Assembly (NCBI GenBank): GCA_002269645.1
Contig: NIVC01001422.1
Location: forward strand, 155,987 to 219,986
Length of the DNA: 64,000 nt
Source: Macrostomum lignano
Taxonomy: Eukaryota
Reading direction: 5' to 3'
Position numbers and translations under genes: made by a program. The notes under the pieces are model-generated. The model saw only the letters and a program-made list of their open reading frames with translations. It did not search any database and was not told the origin of the DNA. The stretch's first letter is position 1; every line of letters starts with the position of its first letter. Below, in pieces: positions 1-12,437 of the stretch.

Positions 1-885
1 GACGGCGGAGGCCTGGTGTCTACGCAAAATGCCACAGTTCGCTGCGACTCCTTCCCGCCTGAGGACTACGTGGTGCTAATCTACACAGAGTTGTCAGAGA
101 GCAGCTTCAACATGATGCTGACTAGCCTCACTGCCAGCCTGAACTCCACCCTGCAGGATGTCCACCCGGGCAGCTCAGTGAGGTTCTGGAAAAAGCAGAA
201 GTCTGGAATCTACTGGGTTGGATACTTCTATGCTCTAAGCAGCCTTAGCACTGATAGCATCTCCAATATTGGCCAGGACAAAGAATTCCTGACCAAGTCT
301 CAACTGTTGGACAAGTGGCGACTTAAGTCAGACGGGACACCTACCAGCGTCCTCACGAGCAGCAGCTTCAGCAACTACCGGGTCAACAAAGTGGAGCCGT
401 ATCCAGACTCCGACAGTGACGCGTCAACAAACTGGTTGGATACGTGGTGGGGCAAACTCTGCCTGGCTCTGGGGGCCGCCGCCGGCGTTGCTTTGATTGG
501 CGCCCTTGTCTACGGCTTGGTTAACGCATGCGGCGGCGCCGGGGCTGGCGCGTCTGCCGCTGCGCCGACGGCTGCAGCAGCCGGCCAGACCACGGTAGCT
601 CCGGCGGCTGGAGTCGGAGGCGGCAAAGCAACCAGTCAGCTGGCCCGGCAGCCCATGAACCAGCGGCACCTCCTGCCCAATTCGCAGCAGCAGCCGAAGC
701 CGCCGCAACGATTCCAAGACACGCCGAGGCCGGACTTTAACGACAAGCAACAACAACAGCAGCAGCAGCAGCAGCAGACGCAGAACAACTCCAATAACAG
801 GCAGAATCAGAACCAATCCAGGCAGAGTAACAACGATTCTGGCCGGGGCAGCGCCGCATCCGACGTTGTGATCTTTGAGCTTTGA
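1..885 (+). CDS. 3' terminal coding exon of a single-pass membrane protein (possible cadherin-like ectodomain end, TM helix, Gln/Asn-rich tail); 5' part lies outside the window
   Basis: Frame is open from base 1 (DGGGLVSTQNATVRC, resembling the DGG strand that ends cadherin repeats). Hydrophobic segment WWGKLCLALGAAAGVALIGALVYGLV, poly-Q tail, stop at 883-885, AATAAA near 976. Confidence 0.6.
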   Translation, partial: DGGGLVSTQNATVRCDSFPPEDYVVLIYTELSESSFNMMLTSLTASLNSTLQDVHPGSSVRFWKKQKSGIYWVGYFYALSSLSTDSISNIGQDKEFLTKSQLLDKWRLKSDGTPTSVLTSSSFSNYRVNKVEPYPDSDSDASTNWLDTWWGKLCLALGAAAGVALIGALVYGLVNACGGAGAGASAAAPTAAAAGQTTVAPAAGVGGGKATSQLARQPMNQRHLLPNSQQQPKPPQRFQDTPRPDFNDKQQQQQQQQQQTQNNSNNRQNQNQSRQSNNDSGRGSAASDVVIFEL

Positions 886-2014
886 ACTGCTGCCGCCAGG
901 ACTGACGAGGACACTCATAGAGCCCATAAAACTTGAGACTGCCACCTTGCTGTAGCAGCTGTAGCATCCATGGATAATAAAAACCTAGATTGGCCACCAA
1001 TTGACAAAAAATTCCCATAACTATGGTTGAGGAAATAGCTGTAATCACAAGAGTATTTTATCTGAGACTCTCTGCAAGAAAATATTAACGATACTATTCA
1101 CAACGCACTACTAACATAAAAATTGCGCATTAAACTTATCAAATGGTCAATATAGGCTTTCTATTATCTATTAATCAGTTGAAATTTTCCAAAAGAGCTT
1201 CACCTCTTCATTGTTCGTCATTTTAAAGATATTTTATACTGAAATTTTTGTTAAATTTATTCCAAGGATATACGTATTCAAGTGAGCACACTTGAACTTA
1301 ATAGCTTTACCCCGATAATTATAGCACCTTAAATGCCCGGTCCAAAAACCCTTCAACTGACTTATTTTTTGGTAGTTTAGCGGACAGAAGCCTTATTTGT
1401 TGAAATGTATACTTATTCTAAGTAGTATGAAATGTGTATATACTAATCACTTCCTGCTTTGAGTTTGTTTTAATCATTTCGCTCGCATTTTCAATAGATC
1501 TCTATTTCTATTTTTAAATTGACGCGATTTTAGTTCGCTCGAATTAAAACAAATGTTTCTCTTTAAAAAACGGAATTTTACAGAAATAAAGCCAATTAGT
1601 TTCTACTTTTGTACCGATCGCACTCATTATTATTGCTAGGATTTTGTTTTATTTCATAATTTACACTTCCTAAAAAGCTGCCAAAATGTTAGGTCAAAAG
1701 TTAGGCACGCAAGAAAGCAGTTTCATGGACGGTAAAATGTAATCAATGCAATTTACAGATGGCTGTTGGAATATTCGAGCACTTGTTAATACAAGTATTG
1801 AGCTAAAAATTAAAATCACTTGGACAATGCGTAGCTAAAATCAAATTTACAATTTGATAGAAAAGTTGTGGCAGTGCAAATGCACTTTGACACAGGACAG
1901 AAAATGTAAAATTTCAGGTCCGGGGCTCGAGCCCCACCGATTTCATTTGCCTTCCCCTAGTCTGAAGCTAATTACTAGCTGGTTAATAATAATTGACTAC
2001 ACTTGCTCTAATGA

Positions 2015-2283
2015 GCAGATATGCTACCGACAGCTCAGCCGCAGCTATTGCGCGGCGCATCTGAAGGCTGCGTACGGCTGTTCAGTCCGAGGACTGGGAG
2101 GTCGCCACACACCCTCAATTACCCCAGCTAATGCTGGCTACCATTTTACAGCTCGGTGAACTGAAGCAATGCAGAGTTAAAGTGTCTTGCTCAAGGACAC
2201 AAATTGTTCCGAATGGGTTTAGAATCGAACCCCCGACCTTTCAGTCGTGAGTCCGACGCTCTGACCACTAGGCTACAACCCCT
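2015..2283 (-). mobile_element. tRNA-derived CORE-type SINE
   Basis: The minus strand begins GGGGTTGTAGCCTAGTGGTCAGAGC (A box) ... GGTTCGATTC (B box), then TGTGTCCTTGAGCAAGACACTTTAAC...CTGTAAAATGG, which resembles the MIR/CORE domain. A second copy lies at 7340-7476. Confidence 0.75.
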
Positions 2284-2579
2284 TAGAGCTTAGATTGGAA
2301 CTTTTCAGGCTTTTCAAACACTAAATTACAAAGTACGAGCCGTCCAAGCTGTGTTTCGAATGAACATGGTAACCAGTGATATTATTGTGTTATTATTCGA
2401 TTCGCATTGCTTGAGTGGACTTTTACGAGCTTCGTAGCACAGACACACACTTGAAGTTATACTTAATTATTGCAAAGCAACTTTTTTTTAACACAATACA
2501 ATAAAACACTCGCTAAATATTCTGCACTTGCTACTCCTCAGTAGGCAATCTCGTGAATTTAAAAAACGAACTTTAAGTC

Positions 2580-4714
2580 CTAGATCTTGCCAACGCCGGC
2601 AGCCTTCGCTGCGGGCGCCGCCTCACGCAGCCACCAGTCGGTGCCGGGCGGCGGAAAAGTCGGATCGGCTGCGCGAACAAAATCGGCCACGGCTGCTAGC
2701 AGGGCCCGCGGCCTGCGGTAGAACATGCAGTTCAGGGCGCAGCCAGACGGATCGCAGCCGGTGAAGGCGTCCACAGCTGATGGATTGCAGGGGCAGAGAG
2801 GGGGCACGGTGAGGCCGAGATGCTGGCAGCGGCTGAGCAGCCACTGCCACTTCTGCGAGTCCCTGACGCTTGTGCAGTCCCGACTGTCAGTCTTGTCGGC
2901 GGCTGTGGTGATATCGTCCAGCGACGAGCCGGAAGATGTCGAAGAAGCATTGGACGCCTGCACGGCCGGTGAAGGCTTTCGATGCCGCCTGGCGGAGGCA
3001 CCGTTGGACGATTTCTGTAGCGGGGTTTGGTGTAGAGCGCTTGCACTGATATAGCCAGTGACCTAATGATGCACTTTACCAGCCAGTTATAGCTGCGGGC
3101 ACTCTGGCACAACACCTTCAGCAACACGAAGACGGCTTAAGTAGGTCGGGAAATCTGGGTTTCTAAGAAAGATTAGCATCACACGAAAAATACACTAACG
3201 AGATTTGGGTGATTTTTTAAGTAGTTCAATAATTTCTATCTGAACATCAACTAGAATTATGAGAATTTCAATAAATTATTGCGTTTTCCGGTAAAACCGG
3301 TAAGCCATGATAAAACAAAAGTTTACTTTTTGAGTATAGGCAACCATTTCTAAGAAAAAATCGGAGCCAGAAAAAGCTGACTGACCTGCAGGCTCTGCAG
3401 GAAAAGCAGTTGGTTTTTCGGTCGATCCGCATCTCCGTTCGTCGGTTCCTCCTCAGGCTGGTCAGCCGCGATGCCGTTCGGACAGTCCCGACCCGTGGTT
3501 GCCAGGGTGAGCACAGTGTGAGTCAGCTCAGTCACGCTGGCTATGGTCTCGTCTCCTCCTTCGTCTCCGTTGACTCTGCCGCCGTCGCCATCGCACTCCG
3601 GGTCCGAGGCGGTGGCGTTCGCCGGAACTGCGCAGTCCGCGGCCAGCCGGGCCGCCGCCATCGCCTCGCCCTCCGCTTTGACCCGGCGCGCCCTGGCGCT
3701 GGCCTCTCGACGACGGCGCCAACGACGCGCCGATTCGCGCTCAGACAGCGCCGACAGGGAGCGCTGGGCGGCGCGCTGGCGTCTCGCTGATTCGGCCGCG
3801 GCTGCCGCGTTGGCGGCGTCGAATTTTGCGGCGGCAACGACGGCCGACGTTGCCAGCGTGGCGGAGCCGCGCCGACCGCCTCCGCTGCCGCCCCTGCCAT
3901 CGACAGTCGAGGAGGCGGCGGAGACGGCCAGATGGTCTTGGCCAAGTTGCTGCTGTTGTGGGCTGCCGAAACAATGATTGACATCGACGAAGCTGTTTAA
4001 CGGACCTGCCAACGGGCGCCGCAGCGAAGGCTCCGGCTGACGCCTGCCGACCAAGGCGCGTCGAGCAGCGAGGGTCTCCCGGTGGCAGCACTGGCGGAGC
4101 GTCTCCCAGTCTACAGGAGGAGGCTGCTGCGACCTCGGCGAAGCTGCTGACGATCCCGATGCTGATGCTGCCCGTCTAGCGGAGGCGGCGGCAGCGGAGC
4201 CGGCATTGGCGGCTGCCTGCAGTCGGGCAAGTCGTCGATAGGCGCGAACTCGGGCCGCTTCGCGAGCCTGTGGTGAGCGCAGGTTTTTTTATAAACTATA
4301 AATCACAAAGAGCTCTTTAGTTATTAAGAGAGAAGTAAGAAATCGATCGATCGAGACAATGACAAAATGTACACATAAAAGACCCGATGTCAACAAGGAG
4401 GCCCCCCGAGCAGGCACCGCAGACAGAGGGTGTACAGCGGCCCTGATACAAGCGTAACTGTAAATTCTCACTTGAAACTCCTGCAGCTGCCTCGCCTTCG
4501 CATCCGCCAGCCGCCGCATCCGGGCTGTCTCCAGCTCGGCCGCCTCGCACGCATCCGCTGGCGCTGGAAACTCTTCCTCATCTACAGTTGCCATGGAAAC
4601 TACAGAAAAAACGCCGTCTTCTTCGCTAAAACCGTCAGCAGAAGGATCGGATGGGCTGCCCCATGATCCAGGCCAGTTCAAGGCTGTGTCATCGAATTCG
4701 AATTCGGCAATCAT
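2580..4714 (-). CDS. CCDC15: CCDC15-like coiled-coil protein; exons complement(4472-4714, 3386-4267, 2580-3014)
   Basis: GT-AG junctions are all phase 0 and exon lengths are 243/882/435 nt. N-terminal KARQLQEFQAREAARV and C-terminal LGLTVPPLCPC...DPSGCALNCMFYRRPRAL match my recollection of the CCDC15 PPLCxC...CANNCxFY motif (not database-verified). Confidence 0.65.
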
Positions 4715-4754
4715 TGCTGCAATTGGCAGTCCACAATTTAGTCTAGTTGATAAG

Positions 4755-5513
4755 TTAATCAAAATTTGCTCTGGTATGAAACTTGGAAAATTTAAAGTTG
4801 CCAGTCTAATTTTATTATGGTGATAGATAGCGACTGAATTTTGTAGAATAAAATATAGAGCTATAATATAAGTATAGCTTAGATTTAGATTAATAAAAAT
4901 AATACTAATATAATCATGACTATAATAATGAAAAGAATGTCTTTAAGTAATGACAAATAATATTATAAACTATATTACCAATATCAATTTATCAGCTTTT
5001 TAACTATTTAAAAACTTTTATCATGTCAGGATAGTTGCTATTGTGAATAATTATATTATTGGAAACTCAAGGTTTTCTAAAACTTAGTTGCTTTCTAAAA
5101 ATCTTAGTTTATTGTAGGATAATGAATAGGTCTATCCCAATAATAATAGTTAGGCCATTAATATATAAAAATTTTAATATTTTATAATAGATTATTACAA
5201 AAAATGATAATTTGATAACTATAAAGCTATAGTATAAGTAATTTTGTTTATACTTGCATTAGAAGTAGGGATTGAGACTAGAGGCTAATTATAAACTTTG
5301 ATTAACTCTAGAAGAATACTGAATAGGCCAAAGTCAACACTTGATAGCCATGCCCAGCTAATACTTTATAATGCTATTCGCTTTAATTAAAATGCAATTA
5401 ATCAAAATTTGCTCTGGTATGAAACTTGGAAAATTTAAAGTCGCAAGTCTAATTTTATTATGGTGATAGATAGCGACTGAATTTTGTAGAATAAAATATA
5501 GAGCTATAATATA
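4755..5513. repeat. 116-bp near-identical direct repeats (4755-4870 and 5398-5513) flanking a very TpA-rich segment
   Basis: TTAATCAAAATTTGCTCTGGTATGAAACTTGG...GAGCTATAATATA occurs twice, differing only at TTGCCAG vs TCGCAAG. Confidence 0.85.
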
Positions 5514-6944
5514 GCATTTTATACCATTTAGTGAGCTCAGCGGACTATTGACTGCTATGGACTAACTTCTTTTAACTTATTGAGTTGATATTTTAACTCA
5601 AAATAATTTAACGCGGGAAACTAGGATTATATTAGCTGTAATAAAAAGTTAGAGAAATTAATGCAGCATCTTAATCTAAGTAAATTTATTATAGACTATT
5701 ATACATTGACACTTACAGGACTTGTGAAATTTGTGAAATTGAGGCTAAATACTTTCTATGTTCCCGTTCGCACAACTTGGACTTGATGGCATGCATGCAA
5801 GGCTCTGTAGTAAAAAATGCGGCGCTTTAATAAAAGTTAAATTTTAGGGGCCTTTTTTACAAGCAACTTGTACATACAAAGCCAAGAAATTATTTCTAAA
5901 ATATAACTCAAATTATAGAGTTAGCTAACAAATTTACTTGTTATACCGAACATCTGAAGCACTTCAAGCTTTCATTTGTTAAAATGGGAGATTTGTTTCT
6001 TCAAAATGACGCAATTCAAAGGCCTTATAAGGACCGAGTTTTTACCAAGCTAATTAAGCAAGCTTAGGGTAGAGAAAGTCCTTGAGTTTTTTCTAATTAA
6101 GACAATAAAATTCTTAACATTTTGAGCGAAATAAATTTCATACAAAATGCAGCTTTTCTTACAATCAGAAATTGGAATCAGAAAATCAAAGTACCAATTT
6201 CTATGTAGACTTTTAAAACTCAATTTATGTACATATACATGTATTCGCCCACTGCATCTGTCACTATCAGGGGTTAAATTCATTGTTTGAAGCAGTGTTC
6301 CCTGAGATAAATCTATAGGATTCTTCATACATTTAAAAAAGCTAACACTCATGCTTCTTCGTACGAGTAATTTAAGGAGTAATTTAATTGTAAAATTTTA
6401 CAAATATGTTGTAACCCTTGAAAATGATTTTGCAACATTTTCACAGATTAGTGCAGTTAAAGAATAACAAACAAACAAGCTATCACTGCTTTATTTCACA
6501 GCTGCTGGGTAGCAACTAGCAAAAGCTTATCTGACAGGTCTTTTGTCAGAACAAAATGCTTTAGTTATTTACTTTTATTATATAACCACCGGCTTATATA
6601 AAAACAGCAAAGATTATTACCAGAGTGAATTTCTTATTAACTAACAATGACTATGACACAAAATTGGAGTAGAGAGTTATTTAGGTATTGAATGCTGAAA
6701 CATCCGATGCCAGAATGTTGCTATCAAACTTATTTAAGTTAATCAGTCGCTAAGCCTACGGTTGATAATGCAAACAAACTTGAAGAAAAGAATTACATAA
6801 TAGTCGTAAGAAGCTTGACGCACTGTTTATTGATAAGAATTGCAAGCCAACAGTTTTAATAATTCAATCGTAAAACGAAAAAAATGTCAGTAGCACAACA
6901 CTAAACAGTCGTTCCACAAGCAAAATGTTGCAGAAAAAAGTCAA

Positions 6945-7906
6945 TTAAACAGCATCAACCACGGCCCACTCTTTGCCGCCCTCGACCTCGGATATCTCCG
7001 CCTCATCCGGCTTTACAGAGTCCGAGTTGTCGGCCTCGCCGTCGCCAGCCTCAGCGGCGGCCGCTTTTTCCGCCTCGGCAGCGGCCGCTTTGGCCGCCTC
7101 GGCAGCCGCAGCCTCGGCTTCGCGCTGCTTTCTGGCCTCCTCAATGGCGAGGCGTTCGGCTTCGAACAGGTCGACAAACGGCTGCCGGGCCGCGTTCACC
7201 GCGTCAAGAGCGTCGCGCAGCAGCTGGCGGTACTCTGCGTAGCCGCGTCTGGGGGGGGGGTTAAAGTTTAAAGAAAGGACAGTTATGATTTATGATAATT
7301 ATTATTGATTAAACCTATTACACCTGTCTTCATGGTCAGATCTGCGACCGACAGCTCAGCCGCAGCTGTTGCGCGGCGCATCTGAAGGCTGCGCACGGGG
7401 GTCGCCAGACCCTCAAGGACACAAATTACTCCGAGTGGGATTGGGAATCGAACCCGCGACCTTTTACTCGTGAGTCAAATTTCCTGATTTTCAAACAGAT
7501 AGCATTGACTAAAGTGCCATTCTATCGCATTTTTCTTCTAAGCTAAGAAGATTACGAAATTATTGTGAAAAGTTTCTGGTTAGTAAAAATACAAAAAGCA
7601 AACTATTTGCGTTAAACTTACGGAGAGTAGTATAGCTGGTACATTTATAACTCTTAAATCGAAATTGATAAAAAGCTTTGCTTGCTCTTCATTGTGCATC
7701 AGTTTGTTACATACTTTAATTCATAGATTTTTGTTTTCTTTGCAAATTTGTTATTATTTATTTATGCATTGCATAGTAACAGATTAAAAAATTTTGAATC
7801 AAGTATCTTACGCTTTCCGTCACTCACTAAAGTTCTTAACTAACGACAGACGGACAGACAGACGGATGGAGGGACAGACAGACGGACAGGGAGGGAGGGA
7901 GGCAAG

Positions 7907-7942
<36 letters not shown>

Positions 7943-8447
7943 TAGGCAAACATGTAGGTACACAGCTCACTTGTGCTCGGCGGTCTCCTGCGTGAGCGTC
8001 TCCACCCGCTCCTTGAGCTCGACAGTCTCAGTCTCGGCCTCGCGCCTCCGATTATCGGCCTCCTCAAGGCCGCTGGCGGCCAGCGGGATCTCGTCCCGGC
8101 AGAGCCGCTCCCGGGCGCTGACGGCAGCCAGGGTGGCCTCGGCCGATCGCAGCAGCCGCAGCCGCAGCCCGGCCTGGCCGCCGCCGCCGTCGGCCGGAAC
8201 CGGCGGGCAGCCACCGGCTCGCTGGAACACGCTGGGGCCGGGCGAGAGTCGCCGCTCTCCTGGGCGGCCGATTCGGCGGTGTAGCCAGCGTCGGCTTCGG
8301 CTGCGGTGACGGCCCGGTCAGTTAGGCGGCGGTAGCGCAAGGAGCTGGCGCCCTCCGTGCCGGAGGCCTGCAGTGTTGAGGAATTCCATGTTCGGGGCTG
8401 TGATAACAAGAGGACTACTACTACTACTACTACTACTTCTACTACTG

Positions 8448-8488
<41 letters not shown>

Positions 8489-8546
8489 GCTACTACTACT
8501 ACTACTACCACTACTACTACTACTACTACTGCTACTACTACTACTA

Positions 8547-8589
<43 letters not shown>

Positions 8590-11500
8590 CACTACTACTA
8601 CTACTACCACTACTACTACCACTACTACTATATCTACTACTTGTACTACCCAGCTCACCATATCAACCCAGCGCCGGATCTGGGAGCGGCTGTGCAGCAG
8701 CCCCAAAGACAGCACCAGCTCTTCGATGTCGCGCGAGGCCAGCTGGCCGGTTCGATCCCGGTCGAAGAACTCGCAGGCCTGCAGCAGGGCCGGACGAATC
8801 GTCCGGGTGAGCCCGGTTGCGGCTTCGTCGGCGCCCGCATCGGCGGCAGCGGAGGAGTCCAGACGCGGTCGCTTCCGCTGCGTCTCGCTGCCATCGTCGG
8901 CGGAGGTTGCGGCGCCCGTTCTGGATGTACCGATAATCCAAAATCTCAAATCGATAATCCCAGATTACAAACTGAATCTCACATCTCAAACCGATAACTC
9001 CACATCCCAAACCTATAATCCCTCATCTCAAACTGATAATCCCACATCCCTAACCGATAATCCCTCATCTCAAACTGATAATCCCACATCCCTAACCGAT
9101 AATCCCAAATCCAAAACCGATAATCCCACATCCCTAACCGATAATTTCAAATCTCCAACCGATAATCCCACATCCCTAACCGATAAACCCAAAATCCGAA
9201 ACCGATAATCTTACATTCCAAACCGATAATCCCACATTCCAAACCGATAATCCAGCATTCCAAACCGATAATTTCACATCTCAAACCGATAATCCCACAT
9301 CTCTAACCGATAATCAAACATCTCTAACCGATAATCCCACATTCCAAACCGATTATCCCGCATCCCTAACCGATAATTTAAAATCTCAAAGCGAGAATCC
9401 CACATTCCAAACCGATAATCCAAAATCTCAAACTGATAACTCCCCATTCTAAACCGATAATCTCACATTCGAAACCGATGATCCCAGTTTGAAAATATGT
9501 ACAAACCGATTAACCTATTAATATTTTAAAGAGCTATATAGCACTTCCTAAATCCCACAGTCAACTCTACTCAAATCTACACCCAGCATGCAGAACGCAC
9601 GTTCCAGCCTCGCCCTCGTTCTGCTCGCAGTCGGCCAAGGCGGTGCAGATGTTGTAGGCGCAGTCGCGGACCAGCATCTCGTGAAACTGCTCGCAGAACA
9701 GAGCCACCTCGAAAGCGGACTCGCGGCCGCCGGAATCCAGTCGGTTGGAGAGCAGCTGGCTGAGGCTGGCCGACTCCAGGCGAAGCCGGCCGCCCTTGGC
9801 TGTCCGGCTGGGCCAGGCGGGCAGGGCGGGCGTGTCGGGCAGCCGGTGATGGCGCCGGATTCGATCCTGCTCGCGATCCGACAGCGGCGACACGCGGGGC
9901 TTCTCTCTGGGTAGTGTAAGATAACGAAGCCGATTGATCAAAAGTTCCTTGCAAAAATATCCAGCAAAAAACCAATTAAAGCATTCTTATCCATGCAGCC
10001 TCAGCCAGCTTCTATAGTGTATCAAAAAGGAGAAAAGCGCCAGAAAATGTGGCAACTGTTGCTGTGCTCAGGGAGCTGAACAAGAAGCACCAGCGACTAA
10101 GGGCGCGCTCAAAGTCACTGACAGAAATTGTGAAAGTGCTGTAGGCAAAGAATATTGTGGATGAAGCTGCAGCATCCCATCTGCAGTTTCTGTCATCAAA
10201 TTCATTGTTGAGCTGTCTAGTGCCAACTAAAAACAAGAGGATAAAAAATTTCCTCCTGAAGTTCGGCGATTTGCTTCCACGTTGCACTATTACAGTCCTA
10301 AGGCATACAAATACGTGAGAAAGTTTTTCCAGCTTCCATGCATCCATCTTCTTTACGGAAATGGAGCTCAAGTGTGTACGATGCCTTCCAGGATTCTGCG
10401 TCCAAGCATTCCAAGAACTATACGTATTCTGCTGAACACCGAAACGATTATTCGCCGCTCCAGCTTTGATAGCTGCTTTTCAAGCCCAATCGCTGTTCAA
10501 GAGACTTTGAATTTGAATTTCACTTTGAATTTCAACCGCTATTCTGTGAATTGGATTCGCATTCAGCAGCTGTAGCACAGGTATTGAGTCAAGAAAGTTA
10601 TGAGCATTTTTTACATCAGAATTCGCATGAAGAAAATTGCGAAAGACATGTCGCACTTATTAAGAAAGGCAGGAAGGAGACAGAAGCTGCTGCGCACAGC
10701 AATTTTTCTTAATCTGAAAGCTGGGACTTCGAAGGACATTTCGGGGTAATTTAATTTAATTTCATTACTTTTATGTATTTGGTTTTCGTGGCGTTTTATG
10801 TAAAAAAGAAGGAAAAAATGTATCTCAATTGCATGTGTCCAATAGGAGCACAATGGAAAAGAGGCCCGCTCTGTACCACATATCGATCGAGCTGGGGTGG
10901 GTGAGAGGGACCAGTTTCTTATGGGGGAAAATGGCCCACTTTTTTCTTCACTTTACTGGTCTATATTCTATATGGTCTGTGGCCGCGCCCTAGAAACCGA
11001 AGATCCTTACCCGGATTCTTTAGCGTCGTCGTTTTCGGATGTTTCAGCAGCGGCATCTCCAGGCTTCTCTGGGTCGGCCTCCTTTGCCTCGGCCTCCTCC
11101 CGTAGGACTTCCTCCAGCCTAGCAACTAGCTGGGCCTTGAGTCCGCGAGAATCTCGACCTCGCGACTCCAGTTCGCGCCTCAGATCGGCAACTTTCATAG
11201 CCTGCAGATTGGACAGCTGGCTAGCGCTGCCAGCAGCTGACGTGTCGGCTTCGGAATCTTCAGCTGTTGCAGCTGTCGCCGAGGCATCTGCGGATTCGGA
11301 CTGTGGGGGGAGGTAACGTGTAGTACGGTGAAACACTATTATGTGTACTATCGACATTCGAGTGCTACACCACCTGGTACACTGGTAGCTACACCACCTG
11401 GTACACTGGTAGCTAAACCATCTGGTACACTGGTAGCTACACCACCTGGTACACTGGTAGCTACACCACATTGTACACTGGTAGCTAAACCACCTGGTAC

Positions 11501-12368
11501 ACTGGTAGCTACACCGTCTGGTACACTGGTAGCTACACCACCTGGTACACTGGTAGCTACACCACCTGGTACACTGGTAGCTAAACCACCTGGTACACTG
11601 GTAGCTACACCACCTGGTACACCGGTTAGCTACACCACATTGTACACTGGTAGCTAAACCACCTGGTACACTGTTAGCTACACCACCTGGTACACTGGTA
11701 GCTAAACCATCTGGTACACTGGTAGCTAAACCATCTGGTACACTGGTAGCTACACCACCTGGTACACTGGTAGCTACACCACATTGTACACTGGTAGCTA
11801 AACCACCTGGTACACTGGTAGCTACACCGTCTGGTACACTGGTAGCTACACCACCTGGTACACTGGTAGCTACACCACCTGGTACACTGGTAGCTACACC
11901 ACCTGGTACACTGGTAGCTACACCACCTGGTACTGGTAGCTACACCTCCTGGAAGAAATAGACTCACCTTCCCGTCATCGCCAGCGTTTTCAGTTTCGGC
12001 CGGCGCACTGCTGGCGTCAGCATCGTCAGCAGCAGGCTGCCCTTGCTCATCCTCTTTCGGCGGCGGGGGCGGCGGCGGCGGCGGTGGATAGATAAGAGCG
12101 TCAACTCGCTGGCCTATGATTTCGGTAAGCCGGCCCCATTGTTCGGCATCGGGAACGGCAGTCCAGACGTCGGGCAGAAAGTAAGTTACAGTTTCTAGTC
12201 GAGCCTGCTGCTGGCTCGAATCGCTGCTGCTGCTGCGACGCGGCTCTCGGTAATAGTGCAGCTCCATGAACTTGTACCTGGAATGTTGGGCAGCGGGGAA
12301 ACGTATATGGCATGTGATAATGAATAGATGGACTTAAGGAGGCAGTGGAAGAGAGGGGTTAGACAGTC

Positions 12369-12437
<69 letters not shown>

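Noticed and set aside
2205-2283. tRNA gene
   Set aside because: A and B boxes are present but continue into a SINE body with a second degenerate copy; no intact acceptor stem.
7840-9208. Long poly-Val/Thr/Leu ORFs
   Set aside because: Artefacts of the (CTA)n microsatellite and minisatellite read-through of CCAR1 introns.
11328-11657. Mucin-like ATPPGTLV / CTRWCSYQ repeat ORFs
   Set aside because: Translation of a stop-free 21-bp intronic minisatellite.
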